Assembly (NCBI GenBank): GCA_009835985.1
Contig: VXWI01000036.1
Location: forward strand, 81,311-145,310
Length of the DNA stretch: 64,000 bases
Reading direction: 5' to 3'
DNA from: Acidobacteriota bacterium
GTDB lineage: Bacteria; Acidobacteriota; Vicinamibacteria; Marinacidobacterales; Marinacidobacteraceae
This document shows positions 18,865 through 29,096 of this stretch, in pieces (the first letter of the stretch is position 1; the number at the start of each line of letters is the position of its first letter). Made by a program: the position numbers and the translations under genes. The notes under the pieces were generated by a model. That model was not told the DNA's origin. It saw only the letters and a program-made list of their open reading frames with translations, and searched no databases.

Positions 18865-19844
18865 GCGGCTCGACCCTGGGTGACCGCCCGCTGGCGGTTG
18901 CGCGTTCCCACCTGGTCCGCACCGTGGAGGAAGCGGCCATCGCCTGCGCCGCGACCGTCGGCCAGGGAGACCGCCACCATTCGGATCAGGTCGCGGTTTC
19001 CGCCATGCGCCGCGTCCTCGACACCGTACCGGTCCGGGGGCGGGTCGTGATCGGCGAGGGAGAGCGCGACCAGGCGCCGATGTTGTGGAGTGGCGAGCGG
19101 TTCGGCGGCGGCGGGGAAGGAGCCCCGGAACTGGACATCGCCGTGGACCCACTGGAAGGGACGAACCTCTGCGCCACCGGCGGACCCGGGGCCATCGCGG
19201 TGCTCGCGGGTTCGGAACGCGGTGGACTGCTCACCGCGCCCGACGTCTACATGGAGAAGATCATGGTGGGTCCGGCCAGCCGGGACCTTCTCGGGGACGC
19301 CATCCGGCTCGAGCACCCGCCGGAGCGGAATGTGCGCGCGATCGCCGAAGCCGAGGGCGTCCCCACGAGCCAGGTCACCGTGGTCGTGCTCGAACGGCCC
19401 CGGCATGAAGACTTGATCGCCGGCCTGCGGCGCGCCGGGGCCCGGGTGCGTCTGATCGGAGACGGGGACCTCTCCGCCGGGATCCTGAGCGCGCTGCCAG
19501 GATCGGGGATCCACGCGGCCATGGGATCGGGCGGCGCTCCGGAAGGCGTGATTGCGGCGGCGGCGCTGCGCTGCCTCGGCGGCGGAATGCTGGGGCAGCT
19601 CCTCGCACGAAACGAAGCGGAACAGCGGCGGCTCCTGGAGACCGGGGTCGAGGACGCGGGCCGGGTGCTGACCGCGGGGGAACTGGCGCCCGGCCGGCGC
19701 CTGATCTTCTGCGCCGCCGGCGTGACCGACGGCGCCCTGGTGGCGGGGGTCCGTTTCAGCGAGGGCGCCATCGAAACCCACACCCTCCTGATCACGAACG
19801 ATCCTCCCGAGTTGACCCGCATCTCCCGTCGCCGCCACCGGTGA
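18861..19844 (+). CDS. glpX: Class II fructose-1,6-bisphosphatase
   Basis: VVIGEGERDQAPML, DIAVDPLEGT, APDVYMEKI, GGAPEGVI. TTG start overlaps the upstream TGA, with a GGAGG RBS. Confidence 0.93.
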   Translation: MSGSTLGDRPLAVARSHLVRTVEEAAIACAATVGQGDRHHSDQVAVSAMRRVLDTVPVRGRVVIGEGERDQAPMLWSGERFGGGGEGAPELDIAVDPLEGTNLCATGGPGAIAVLAGSERGGLLTAPDVYMEKIMVGPASRDLLGDAIRLEHPPERNVRAIAEAEGVPTSQVTVVVLERPRHEDLIAGLRRAGARVRLIGDGDLSAGILSALPGSGIHAAMGSGGAPEGVIAAAALRCLGGGMLGQLLARNEAEQRRLLETGVEDAGRVLTAGELAPGRRLIFCAAGVTDGALVAGVRFSEGAIETHTLLITNDPPELTRISRRRHR

Positions 19845-19955
19845 AGTCCCGCGTTGCGGCGGAGTTGGGAATTGGCGCGGTCGGGGTCTGTCGTTTAGTC
19901 TCTCGCCTGGAGGGGGCGTCCCTCCCGTAGTTCCTGTTGCAACGGTTCCGAGTCC

Positions 19956-20372
19956 GTGGAGACCGACCCTTCTCTGCTTGAGGCGCTGGTCGCGGCGTTC
20001 GTCGACGACGGCCCGGAACGGACCTACTACTACGATCGGGATACCTCCCGGATGGTCAGCGTTGCGGAAGACCACGAGGATCCCTCCACGCAGGAAATCG
20101 TCTGGCAGTTGGAGTCCGACATCCGGGGCCGATTCGTCCCCGTGCCGAAGCCCCGGCTGGAGGACACCCTGAGCGAGCAGGACGCGTTTGTCGAGTCCCT
20201 CCCGGAAGGCGACATGCGCCGGCGGCTGGAAACCCTGCTCGAGGACGATCCCGACGGCAGCAAGCTGGCGCAGCTGGTCAATCGCGACCGCGACGTCCGG
20301 CCTGCCTGGCGCAGGTTCCGCGCGGCGCGAGCCCGGCTCCAGGCGTCGGAATTCCTGGACCAGCTGGGGTGA
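19956..20372 (+). CDS. UPF0158-like protein
   Basis: YYYDRDT...RFVPVP...FVESL......L...L....W..FR pattern of UPF0158. Confidence 0.65.
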   Translation: METDPSLLEALVAAFVDDGPERTYYYDRDTSRMVSVAEDHEDPSTQEIVWQLESDIRGRFVPVPKPRLEDTLSEQDAFVESLPEGDMRRRLETLLEDDPDGSKLAQLVNRDRDVRPAWRRFRAARARLQASEFLDQLG

Positions 20373-20412
20373 AGCGGCGGTTCGGGGCCGCTGAAGACGA
20401 TCGGGCGGTACA

Positions 20413-20427
20413 TGGCATAGGGATTGC
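20413..20427 (+). promoter_or_regulatory. Sigma-54 (-24/-12) promoter
   Basis: TGGCATAGGGATTGC (GG-N10-GC), 35 nt upstream of ATG 20462. Confidence 0.65.
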
Positions 20428-20461
20428 GGCATCACGAGCGGCAGCCTCGAGGAGGTGGCCC

Positions 20462-22636
20462 ATGCACGAAAGAGCGAACAGGCGAAACAAGGTTCTCGGG
20501 CACTCAGGCATCCTGAGCTTGCTGCTGGTCCTGGGGCACTCCTCGGCAACGCTCGCGCAGTCCGACGAGGAAACCGGGCGGTCGTACGCCTACGGGAACC
20601 TCAGTGTCGTCGACGGCGACGTCTGGCACCAGCGGGCCGACGACTTCGGCGCGCACGAGGCGGAGCGGGGCAGCCCCTTCCTGCCCGGCGACCGCATCTG
20701 GACGCGGGAACCCGGCCAGGTCGAACTGCGCTTCGCGGGCCGGGTCACGGCGTGGATGGACCAGGGGACCAAGCTGGACTACGTGGAAGGAGACAGTCCG
20801 CACCGGCTCGGCTTCTGGACCGGAAGCCTCATCCTGTGGCTCGCCGGCGATGCCGACGTGGTCGTGGAAACCCCCGGCGGCACCTTCTCCCCGCAGGGCG
20901 AGGGTGAGTACCGGACCGACCTCCTGGAAGACGGCCGTACGGTGCAGTTCGTCGTCTATTCGGGCATTGCGACCGTGTCCACCGAGTCGGGCTCGGTGCT
21001 GGTGGGGTCCGGTCAGCGGACCGTCGCCTCCGAGGGCGTCGCACCGGCTCCGCCCGAGGAGTACCTGGGCAACGACCACTTCTACGGCTGGGCCGAAGAC
21101 CGTCAGCGGCGCTTCGTGACCACCGCGGAAACCCACTACGACGAACTTCCCGAGGAAGTCAGGGAGCACGCTCACGATCTCGACGGACACGGCCATTGGC
21201 ACCACGACGTCCACCTGGGATGGGTCTGGTATCCGACCGTGACCGCCGGCTGGGCCCCCTACCGCCTGGGACGATGGGCGCACACGCCGTTCGGCCTGAC
21301 CTGGATCTCCTACGACCCCTGGGGATGGGCCCCGTACCACTACGGCAGGTGGGGACATGGACCGCGGGGCTGGTACTGGCTGCCCGGTTCGGTGTGGGGC
21401 CCGGGCTGGGTCTCCTGGAGCTACGGATACGACTGGGTCGGTTGGTCTCCCCTCGGCTACTACGGGTACGCGGTCTATCCGTTCCGCGGGTGGTACGGCG
21501 GCTATGACGGGTATGGCGGCGTCTACTCGAATCGTCCGCGGGTCCGTCGGGGACAGATCCTCGGCAAGGCCGTACCGCGCGGTTCCGTGAACCGCCAAGC
21601 CTGGAGTTTCACCAGCCGCAAGGCGATCGGGCGTCCCGCCTCGCGCAACCGCCTGGCGGCGTCCACCCTGCGCAACGTCGAAAACGCCCAGGTCCTCGCC
21701 GGGGGCGCGGTCCTGGATCGCGGTCTGCGTCAGCGCGCGATCGGGGACACCGCCATGACCCGGTCGGCGAAGGCGACCACCCGCCGGCTCTCCAACTCGC
21801 GGGCGCCGACCGCCGCGCGCCGGGCCGCTACCGGCTCCGCCCGCAGCACTTCCCGGGCGCAGCGCGTGGCCGTGCCTCGCAGCGCCGCGCGGGCCCGCAG
21901 TGCGCGGTCAGCCTACGCGGCGGAGAGGGACCGCGGCACGCTGTCCCGCGGTGCGGCCGGACGGGACGCGAGCGCCCGCAGCCCGCAAGCGGGCCGGTCC
22001 CGGGCAACGAGCCGGGGCCGGGCAACGACGGGAAACCGCCCAGCCGCCGCTCCCAGGCCACGTGCCACCGGGCGGTCAGGCGATAGCGGAGCCAGACGGC
22101 CCTCGGCGGTGCGGCCCGCCTCCCCCAGGAGCGGCGCCACTTCCACCGGACGTTCAGGGGCTTCCCGGGCGCGGCCAAGCGGGGCCTCCCGGGGCCGGCC
22201 AAGCGGGGCCTCCCGGAGCCGGCCAAGCGGCGCTTCGCGTAGCCGGCCAAGCGGGGCCTCCCGGAGCCGGCCAAGCGGGGCCTCCCGGAGCCGGCCAAGC
22301 GGCGCTTCGCGCAGCCGGCCGAGCGCGGGCTCCCGCAGCCGCCCGAGCGCAGGCTCCCGCAGCCGCCCGAGCGCGGGCTCCCGCAGCCGCCCGAGCGCAG
22401 GCTCCCGCAGCCACCCGAGCGCAAGTGCCCGCAGCCGGCCAAGCGGTTTCTCCCGCTCCGGCGGCGTTCGTGGAGCTTCGGCCAGCCGGGGTGGCGGATC
22501 GAGTACCGGCGGGAGCGGGAGCGCCATCAGCCGTGGCGGCGGCGGTGGCGGCGGCGCTGCGGCGACTCGTGGCGGCGGCAGCAGCGGGGGGAGCCGCGGC
22601 AGTAGCAGCGGCAACCGGCGCCCGAACAACAACTGA
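20462..22636 (+). CDS. Exported FecR-like/DUF6600-type protein with long Arg/Ser/Gly-rich tail
   Basis: GAGGAGG RBS, signal peptide, FecR-like region (GDRIWT..VELRF), repeated GWAPY..G.W / [12 protein letters not shown] motifs, low-complexity C-terminus. Confidence 0.8.
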   Translation: MHERANRRNKVLGHSGILSLLLVLGHSSATLAQSDEETGRSYAYGNLSVVDGDVWHQRADDFGAHEAERGSPFLPGDRIWTREPGQVELRFAGRVTAWMDQGTKLDYVEGDSPHRLGFWTGSLILWLAGDADVVVETPGGTFSPQGEGEYRTDLLEDGRTVQFVVYSGIATVSTESGSVLVGSGQRTVASEGVAPAPPEEYLGNDHFYGWAEDRQRRFVTTAETHYDELPEEVREHAHDLDGHGHWHHDVHLGWVWYPTVTAGWAPYRLGRWAHTPFGLTWISYDPWGWAPYHYGRWGHGPRGWYWLPGSVWGPGWVSWSYGYDWVGWSPLGYYGYAVYPFRGWYGGYDGYGGVYSNRPRVRRGQILGKAVPRGSVNRQAWSFTSRKAIGRPASRNRLAASTLRNVENAQVLAGGAVLDRGLRQRAIGDTAMTRSAKATTRRLSNSRAPTAARRAATGSARSTSRAQRVAVPRSAARARSARSAYAAERDRGTLSRGAAGRDASARSPQAGRSRATSRGRATTGNRPAAAPRPRATGRSGDSGARRPSAVRPASPRSGATSTGRSGASRARPSGASRGRPSGASRSRPSGASRSRPSGASRSRPSGASRSRPSGASRSRPSAGSRSRPSAGSRSRPSAGSRSRPSAGSRSHPSASARSRPSGFSRSGGVRGASASRGGGSSTGGSGSAISRGGGGGGGAAATRGGGSSGGSRGSSSGNRRPNNN
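22157..22444 (+). repeat. 12 x 24-bp tandem repeat encoding [16 protein letters not shown] octapeptides
   Basis: Contiguous units such as ggggcctcccggagccggccaagc and gcgggctcccgcagccgcccgagc, with no spacers. Confidence 0.9.
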
Positions 22637-22658
22637 GGCCCTTCGGCCAACACGGTGG

Positions 22659-22693
22659 ACCCCCGGCGGCCTGGCCGCCGGGGGTTTTCCTTT
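22659..22693 (+). terminator. Rho-independent terminator
   Basis: acccccggcggc-ctg-gccgccgggggt hairpin followed by tttccttt. Confidence 0.75.
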
Positions 22694-22841
22694 CCCGGCG
22701 CGGAGGCCGCCGGCGACGCGCGCTCGAAGCGCCGTCCGGGTGCGGCTCCAGGCGTCGTCCCGCTGCCGGAAGACCGGCGGCAACCCGCAAGGACCACCGG
22801 AATCCGCGGATGCCGCCTGGGCCTTCGTCCGGAGCCCCATT

Positions 22842-22889
22842 CCACAACCCGTTGTGGTGTTACCGGTTGCATACCGCAAGATGTTGTGT
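22842..22889. promoter_or_regulatory. Tandem NrdR boxes upstream of nrdJ
   Basis: ccacaacccgttgtgg (22842-22857) and ccgcaagatgttgtgt (22874-22889), 32 bp apart, upstream of a ribonucleotide reductase gene. Confidence 0.85.
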
Positions 22890-22973
22890 TTTAGTTTGAA
22901 TCCAATGCGCTTCATTGCATTCTTGGAGGGGTGCTCTCGCGCCAGCTCCGAGCTTGCTTCAACCAGGGGATAG

Positions 22974-25721
22974 TTGTTCGATATGCAGATAGCCGTAGAG
23001 CCCACCACCGTGGGACCCCGTTCCGAGACAGAGAAAACACTCAGGGAGCAAACGAACGGTCGTGGCGGCGGACTCGAGTTCCGGCGCCGGTTTACCGAAC
23101 GCGGGGTTTCACCCTACGACCGGGTGGAGTGGGAGAAGCGCGACGCCGTCATCACCGACGAACACGGCGAGACGATCTTTGCCCAGCGCGGCGTGGAGTT
23201 CCCGAAGTCGTGGTCCATGATGGCGACCACGATCGTGGCGTCCAAGTACTTCCACGGGTCGCTCGAAAAGGGAGAGCGCGAATCGAGCGTCCGGCAACTC
23301 GTCGGACGGGTCGCCGACCAGATCGCGGACTGGGGCGTGAAGGATGGCTATTTCGCGGACGAGGAGGCCGCGGAGACGTTCCGCGACGAGCTTACCTTCC
23401 TGCTGTTGAACCAGTTCGCCGCGTTCAACTCGCCGGTCTGGTTCAACTGCGGGGTCGAGGAGCACCCGCAGTGTTCGGCGTGCTTCATCAACTCGGTCGA
23501 GGACACCATGGATTCCATCCTGACGCTCGCCAAGACCGAGGGAATGCTCTTCAAGTGGGGGTCCGGCACCGGCACCAACCTCTCCACCATTCGCAGTTCG
23601 CGCGAGCAGTTGTCAAGCGGCGGCAAGGCCTCCGGCCCGGTTTCCTTCATGAAGGGCTACGACTCCTTCGCCGGCGTCATCCGCAGCGGCGGCAAGACCC
23701 GGCGAGCCGCCAAGATGGTGATCCTCAACGTGGATCATCCGGACATCCTCGACTTCGTCGACTGCAAGTCCCGCGAGGAACAAAAGGCCCACGCGCTGAT
23801 CGAGGCGGGCTATGACGGCTCCCTCAACGGCGAGGCGTACGCCTCGATCCAGTATCAAAACGCGAACCACAGCGTTCGCGTCAGCGACGCGTTCATGCGG
23901 GCGGTCGAAAACGATGAGGACTGGTCCACCCGCAAGATCACCACGGGCGGTCCCATGGACACCCTGCGAGCCCGTGACCTGTTCCGGCAGATCGCCGAAT
24001 CGGCACACCGCTGCGGCGATCCGGGAATGCAGTTCGACGACACCGTCAACCGCTGGCACACCTCGAAGAACAGCGGGCGGATCAACGCTTCGAATCCGTG
24101 CTCCGAGTACATGTATCTCGACGACAGCGCCTGCAACCTCGCGTCCCTGAACCTCATGAAGTTCGTCGACGGGGAAGGTGTCTTTGACACCGACGGCTTC
24201 GAGCACGCGGTCGATGTGGTGCTGACCGGCATGGAAATCATCGTCGGGAACGCGAGCTATCCGACGCCGACGATCGGAAAGAACTCGCACGAGTATCGGC
24301 CCCTCGGTCTCGGCTACGCGAACCTCGGAGCCCTGCTGATGCATCGCGGCATCCCCTACGACAGCGACGTGGGCCGATCGATCGCCGCCGCCCTGACCTC
24401 GCTGATGACGGGCCGGGCATACCACCAGTCGGCTCGGATCGCCGAAGTCACCGGGCCGTTCGCAGGCTATCCGGAGAACGAGCAGCCGTTCCTCGAGGTG
24501 ATGCGCATGCATCGGGACGCGGCAACGGAGATCGAAGCCGAGGGAGTCCCGAACGAGGTCCTGTCCCGGGCGCAGGAGGTCTGGAACGAGGCCATTGCAC
24601 TCGGTGAGGAGCACGGCTTCCGGAACGGCCAGGCTTCGGTGTTGGCCCCCACGGGCACCATCGGCCTCATGATGGACTGCGACACGACCGGCGTAGAGCC
24701 CGATCTGTCACTCATCAAGCACAAGAAGCTCAGCGGCGGCGGGATCATCCGTATCGTCAACCAGACGGTGCGCTCGGCGCTGGGGCGGCTCGGCTACGAG
24801 GGCGAAGCGCTCCAGCGGATCTGGGACTACGTGGACGAACACGGTCACGTCGAGGGGGCGCCCGACCTCGCGGAGGAACATCTCCCCGTCTTCGACTGCG
24901 CCCTCGAGCCCTTCGGCGGGAAGCGTTCCATCCACTACATGGGCCACGTCAAGATGATGCACGCGGTCCAGCCCTTCCTTTCGGGCGCTATCTCGAAAAC
25001 CGTCAACATGCCGGAGGAGAGCACCGTCGAGGACATCGAGGAGACTTACCTCGCATCCTGGAAGCTCGGCCTCAAGGCGGTTGCGATCTACCGGGACGGC
25101 AGCAAGCGGTCGCAGCCGCTGAACCGGGGCGAGTCGGCCACCGAAGCGGCGGACGCTGGCGACTCCGCCGAAAAGGAGCATTTGCCACCGGAGCGCGACG
25201 CCATCATCCACAAGTTCGACATCGGCGGACACAAGGGTTATCTCACCGTCGGACTGCGCGAGGACGGCTCTCCCTGCGAGATCTTCCTGCGGATGGCCAA
25301 GGAGGGCTCCTTCGTGTCCGGACTGATGGACGCCTTCGCACGGGCGGTTTCCTACAACCTCCAGTACGGGGTTCCGCTCAAGGTCCTGGTGGACAAGTTC
25401 TCGCACACGCGTTTCGAACCCTCGGGTTACACCGGCAACCCGGACATCCCCCACGCGGACTCGATCACCGACTACATCTTCCGCTGGCTGGGACACCGCT
25501 TCCTGACGGATGCCGACGAGCTGGACGCCGAAGATGTCGAGCCATCCCAACCCACCGCAGCTCCTCCCGAGAAACAGCGCACTCCCCGCCGCGGGACCGT
25601 CCTCGAGTCGGCCGCCGTCTTCGCCGACGCGCCACCCTGTTCAACGTGCGGCGCGCTGATGGTGCGGAGCGGCACCTGCTTCAAGTGCCTTAACTGCGGA
25701 GCAACGTCCGGCTGCTCCTAG
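22974..25721 (+). CDS. nrdJ: Adenosylcobalamin-dependent (class II) ribonucleotide reductase with C-terminal TSCPD/Zn-ribbon region
   Basis: FNSPVWFN..PQCSACFI, SGGKTRRAAKM, NASNPCSEY, LAPTGTIG, C-terminal CxxC..CxxC.GATSGCS. Alternative start ATG 22983. Confidence 0.96.
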   Translation: MFDMQIAVEPTTVGPRSETEKTLREQTNGRGGGLEFRRRFTERGVSPYDRVEWEKRDAVITDEHGETIFAQRGVEFPKSWSMMATTIVASKYFHGSLEKGERESSVRQLVGRVADQIADWGVKDGYFADEEAAETFRDELTFLLLNQFAAFNSPVWFNCGVEEHPQCSACFINSVEDTMDSILTLAKTEGMLFKWGSGTGTNLSTIRSSREQLSSGGKASGPVSFMKGYDSFAGVIRSGGKTRRAAKMVILNVDHPDILDFVDCKSREEQKAHALIEAGYDGSLNGEAYASIQYQNANHSVRVSDAFMRAVENDEDWSTRKITTGGPMDTLRARDLFRQIAESAHRCGDPGMQFDDTVNRWHTSKNSGRINASNPCSEYMYLDDSACNLASLNLMKFVDGEGVFDTDGFEHAVDVVLTGMEIIVGNASYPTPTIGKNSHEYRPLGLGYANLGALLMHRGIPYDSDVGRSIAAALTSLMTGRAYHQSARIAEVTGPFAGYPENEQPFLEVMRMHRDAATEIEAEGVPNEVLSRAQEVWNEAIALGEEHGFRNGQASVLAPTGTIGLMMDCDTTGVEPDLSLIKHKKLSGGGIIRIVNQTVRSALGRLGYEGEALQRIWDYVDEHGHVEGAPDLAEEHLPVFDCALEPFGGKRSIHYMGHVKMMHAVQPFLSGAISKTVNMPEESTVEDIEETYLASWKLGLKAVAIYRDGSKRSQPLNRGESATEAADAGDSAEKEHLPPERDAIIHKFDIGGHKGYLTVGLREDGSPCEIFLRMAKEGSFVSGLMDAFARAVSYNLQYGVPLKVLVDKFSHTRFEPSGYTGNPDIPHADSITDYIFRWLGHRFLTDADELDAEDVEPSQPTAAPPEKQRTPRRGTVLESAAVFADAPPCSTCGALMVRSGTCFKCLNCGATSGCS

Positions 25722-25728
25722 GGAACTC

Positions 25729-25775
25729 GGAGCGCCGGCCTCCGGCCGGCATCGCGGCCGAAGGCCGCGAAACGC
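25729..25775 (+). repeat. REP-like element (GGAGCGCCGGCCTCCGGCCGGCAT + hairpin + AAACGC)
   Basis: Identical 24-mer at 25729, 25908-25931 (reverse) and 49540. Confidence 0.75.
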
Positions 25776-25861
25776 ACGCCGCTACTCACCCGTATGGCGG
25801 GAGTCCCACCGGGGACGGCGAATCGCTGGGTGGGTGAGGTTGCGCTACCTCGCTTGCCTCG

Positions 25862-27226
25862 TCAGGCGGGGAGCCGCGATGGGCGTTTCGCCTCGCTTCG
25901 CTCGGCGATGCCGGCCGGAGGCCGGCGCTCCGAGACGAGCGTTCCCACCGCGAGCCCGGGAGTGTCCTCCGCGACCCGGGTGACCCGCACTTCGCGGATG
26001 CAGTTCTCGAGCGGCTCCGCCGAGACCACCCCGACGCGCAGGTAGGAGTCGGTCAGGCCGGTCCAGCGCCCCGAACGGTCCTGCTGTTCGAACAGGACTT
26101 CCACCCGCCGGCCCAGGTGGCGGCGGGCGAACGCGTCCCGGCGCCGGTCGGAGAGCTCCCGCAGCGTGCGGCTCCGCGCGGCGACCACCTCGGGGGGAAG
26201 GTGTCCGGGGACGCTCGCGGCCCGGGTCCCGGCGCGCGACGAGTAACTGAAGACGTGGTAATAGGCGAACGGCAGCGCTTCGAGGCGGTCGCAGGTGCGC
26301 CGGAAGGCGTCCTCCGTCTCGCCGGGAAAACCGACAATCACGTCGGTCCCGAGCCCGAGTCCGGGCACCTTCTCCACCGCCCGCTCCGCAAACTCGAGAT
26401 AGTCCCGGAAGGTGTAGCGGCGGCCCATCCCGGCCAGCACGCCGTCGTCGCCGCTCTGCACCGGGAGGTGGAGATAGCGGCAGAGCGCTCCGCGTTCCGC
26501 CATGCGTTCGAGGAGGCGGTCCTCGACGGTGGTGGGCTCGATCGAGGTGATCCGGATCCTCCGCACCCCGGGGATCTCCTCGAGCCGGTCCGCAACGTCG
26601 GCGAGGGTCCGCCCCCCGCTCCGGTAGCGCCCGATGTTGACCCCGGTGAGCACGAGTTCGCGGTACCCGGCCCCGGCCAGTTCTCCCGCCTCGCGGACCA
26701 GATCGTCGAAGCGCCGGCTGCGCTCCCGGCCGCGCGTGTAGGGGATGATGCAGAACGAGCAGAAGAAGTCGCAGCCGTCCTGCACCTTCAGGTTGGCGCG
26801 GGTCGAGTCGTAACGCCCGGTGGAGGGAACCTCGAACTCGTGCCGGGAAATCCTGGCGGAGTGCAGCACGACCGGCTCGGGGAGTTTCCGGGGCCGATCC
26901 AGATAGTCCGGGAACGTCTCCTTGAACTCGGTCCCCACGATCATGTCCACCCCCGGGATCTCCCGGAGCGCATCGAGGCCCGACTGGGCGTAGCAGCCCG
27001 CCACAACCACGAAAGCCTCCGGGGAATGGCGCAACGCCCGTCTCACCGTGTTCCGGCAGTGGGCCTCCGCCCGGTGGGTCACCGAACAGGTGTTGATCAC
27101 GGCGAGATCGGTGGGATCCCCCCAGGGAACGATCGTGTAGCCTTTGCCCGCGAACTGTCCTGCCCAGTTCGCAGCCTCCGTGTGGTTGAGACGACAGCCC
27201 AGCGATGTAAACGAAGCCCGTGGCAC
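25862..27226 (-). CDS. mtaB: tRNA t6A37 methylthiotransferase (MiaB-like radical SAM)
   Basis: SLGCRLNHTE, INTCSVT, VAGCYAQ, KVQDGCDFFCSFCIIP..RG, HVFSYSSRAGT. GTG start at 27226; the ORF track over-extends it. Confidence 0.92.
   Translation of the reverse strand: MPRASFTSLGCRLNHTEAANWAGQFAGKGYTIVPWGDPTDLAVINTCSVTHRAEAHCRNTVRRALRHSPEAFVVVAGCYAQSGLDALREIPGVDMIVGTEFKETFPDYLDRPRKLPEPVVLHSARISRHEFEVPSTGRYDSTRANLKVQDGCDFFCSFCIIPYTRGRERSRRFDDLVREAGELAGAGYRELVLTGVNIGRYRSGGRTLADVADRLEEIPGVRRIRITSIEPTTVEDRLLERMAERGALCRYLHLPVQSGDDGVLAGMGRRYTFRDYLEFAERAVEKVPGLGLGTDVIVGFPGETEDAFRRTCDRLEALPFAYYHVFSYSSRAGTRAASVPGHLPPEVVAARSRTLRELSDRRRDAFARRHLGRRVEVLFEQQDRSGRWTGLTDSYLRVGVVSAEPLENCIREVRVTRVAEDTPGLAVGTLVSERRPPAGIAERSEAKRPSRLPA
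25883..25931 (-). repeat. REP-like element inside the mtaB 3' end
   Basis: Reverse complement of the 24-mer core plus hairpin and AAACGC tail. Confidence 0.75.
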
Positions 27227-27298
27227 GGGCGGCAGCGTAGCATCGGCTCTCCCGGCCAGCCCGCCGGAAAGCCGGGAAGGCGGTAGCGGATAACGGTC

Positions 27299-29068
27299 AT
27301 GGGAACTCTCGGTCTCGCCGCGGTGGCGCTCGTCCCGATCGCCGTCGTGGCGCTCTTCCTCGTGGTGCTGCGCTGGCCCGCCTCCCGGGCGATGCCGCTG
27401 AGCTGGCTCGCCGCCGCCGGCCTCGCGTGGCTGGTGTGGGACATCTCGGGCATACGGATCGCGGCAGCATCGATCAACGGCCTGGTCGTGGCGGCGACCC
27501 TGCTCTACATCATCTTCGGCGCCATCCTGCTCCTGCACACCCTTCAGGAGAGCGGCGCCCTCGCGGTGATCCGCCGGGGCTTCATGGGAATCACGCCGGA
27601 TCGGCGCATTCAGGTCCTCGTGATCGCCTGGCTGTTCGGGGCCTTCATCGAGGGTTCGGCCGGTTTCGGCACTCCGGCGGCGGTCGCGGTGCCCCTCCTG
27701 GTGGGACTCGGATTCCCGCCGCTCGCCGCCGTGGTCGCGGGCATGCTGATCCAGAGCACCCCCGTCTCTTTCGGCTCCGCCGGAACCCCGATTCTCGTCG
27801 GGGTCTCCACCGGGCTTTCCGGGTCGGAGGCAGTGACCGCCTACGCGGCCAGCCTCGGCCTTGCCGAATGGGCCGACCTCATGGCCTTCATCGGTGTCCG
27901 GGTCGCGGTGCTCCACACCGTGGCGGGAACGCTGGTCCCGCTCATCGTGGTGGCCACCATGACCCGCTTCTTCGGCGCCAACCGGAGCTTCCGCGAGGGT
28001 CTGGCGGTATGGAAGTTCGCGCTGTTCGCCGCGCTCGCGATGACGGTGCCCTACATGCTCACCGCGTGGCTGCTCGGGCCCGAATTCCCGGCGCTGTTCG
28101 GCGGCCTGGTCGGCCTCGGGATCGTGGTCACCGGGGCCCGGAGGGGTCTCTTCGTCCCCCCGCCGGAGGAGCACTTCGAGTTTCCGGCGCGCTCGGCCTG
28201 GGAAGCGGACTGGACCGGGGACAAGGCCGAATCCGTCGCCGAGCCCACGGGGGGCCGCGCGATCGGCGCCGTGTCCGCCTGGGCGCCCTATGGCGTGGTC
28301 GCGGGGTTGCTGCTGCTGACCCGTCTCCCCTCCCTGCCCTTCCGGGACCTCCTGTCCGGAGTCGTGCTCCGCTGGCCGGACATCCTCGGGAGCGGCATCA
28401 GCGCGAGCGCCGCTCCGCTCTTCCTTCCCGGGACCGTCTTCGTCGCGGCGTCCCTGTTCGCCGTGGTGGCGCACCGGATGGATCGCGAACAAACGACCCG
28501 GGCGGTCACCGCTTCGCTCCGGAGTACAGCGCTCGCCTCGGTGGCGCTGGTCTTCACCGTGCCCATGGTCCAGGTCTTCCTGAACACCGGCGGCGGAGCG
28601 GCGGGACTGGCCTCGATGCCGATCGCCCTCGCGGAGGGCGCCGCGCAGGTCGCGGGGTCGGCCTGGCCGTTCTTCGCTCCCTTCATCGGGGGTCTCGGCG
28701 CCTTCGTCGCCGGCAGCAACACCGTGAGCAACATGATGTTCTCGCTCTTCCAGTTCGGGGTCGGCGAGCGGCTCGCGGTGGATCCCGGATGGGTGGTTGC
28801 GCTCCAGGCGGTCGGAGGCGCGGCGGGGAACATGATCTGCGTCCACAACGTGGTGGCGGCTTCGGCGGTGGTGGGGCTGGTCGGCCGGGAGGGCGCCGTG
28901 ATCCGGCGCACGCTAGTGCCGTTCGTCTACTACGCCCTGGTGCCCGGAGCGCTCGGCTACGCGATCCTGTGGTCCGGCACGCTGGGACCGGTCAACGCCG
29001 GTTCGCTCGTCGTCGTCGGCATCTTCGTGGCGGCGGGCCTGTGGATCTTCCGCAACCGCACCGCCTGA
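27299..29068 (+). CDS. lctP: L-lactate permease
   Basis: [62 protein letters not shown]. Confidence 0.93.
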   Translation: MGTLGLAAVALVPIAVVALFLVVLRWPASRAMPLSWLAAAGLAWLVWDISGIRIAAASINGLVVAATLLYIIFGAILLLHTLQESGALAVIRRGFMGITPDRRIQVLVIAWLFGAFIEGSAGFGTPAAVAVPLLVGLGFPPLAAVVAGMLIQSTPVSFGSAGTPILVGVSTGLSGSEAVTAYAASLGLAEWADLMAFIGVRVAVLHTVAGTLVPLIVVATMTRFFGANRSFREGLAVWKFALFAALAMTVPYMLTAWLLGPEFPALFGGLVGLGIVVTGARRGLFVPPPEEHFEFPARSAWEADWTGDKAESVAEPTGGRAIGAVSAWAPYGVVAGLLLLTRLPSLPFRDLLSGVVLRWPDILGSGISASAAPLFLPGTVFVAASLFAVVAHRMDREQTTRAVTASLRSTALASVALVFTVPMVQVFLNTGGGAAGLASMPIALAEGAAQVAGSAWPFFAPFIGGLGAFVAGSNTVSNMMFSLFQFGVGERLAVDPGWVVALQAVGGAAGNMICVHNVVAASAVVGLVGREGAVIRRTLVPFVYYALVPGALGYAILWSGTLGPVNAGSLVVVGIFVAAGLWIFRNRTA

Positions 29069-29096
29069 GGACCAGAGCCCGGCGTGGCGGGCGGAT

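Noticed and set aside
22157-22444. Possible CRISPR array
   Set aside because: Contiguous 24-bp in-frame coding repeats with no spacers and no cas genes.
22700-22970. Cobalamin riboswitch upstream of nrdJ
   Set aside because: No B12-box or other core motifs recognised; only NrdR boxes are evident.
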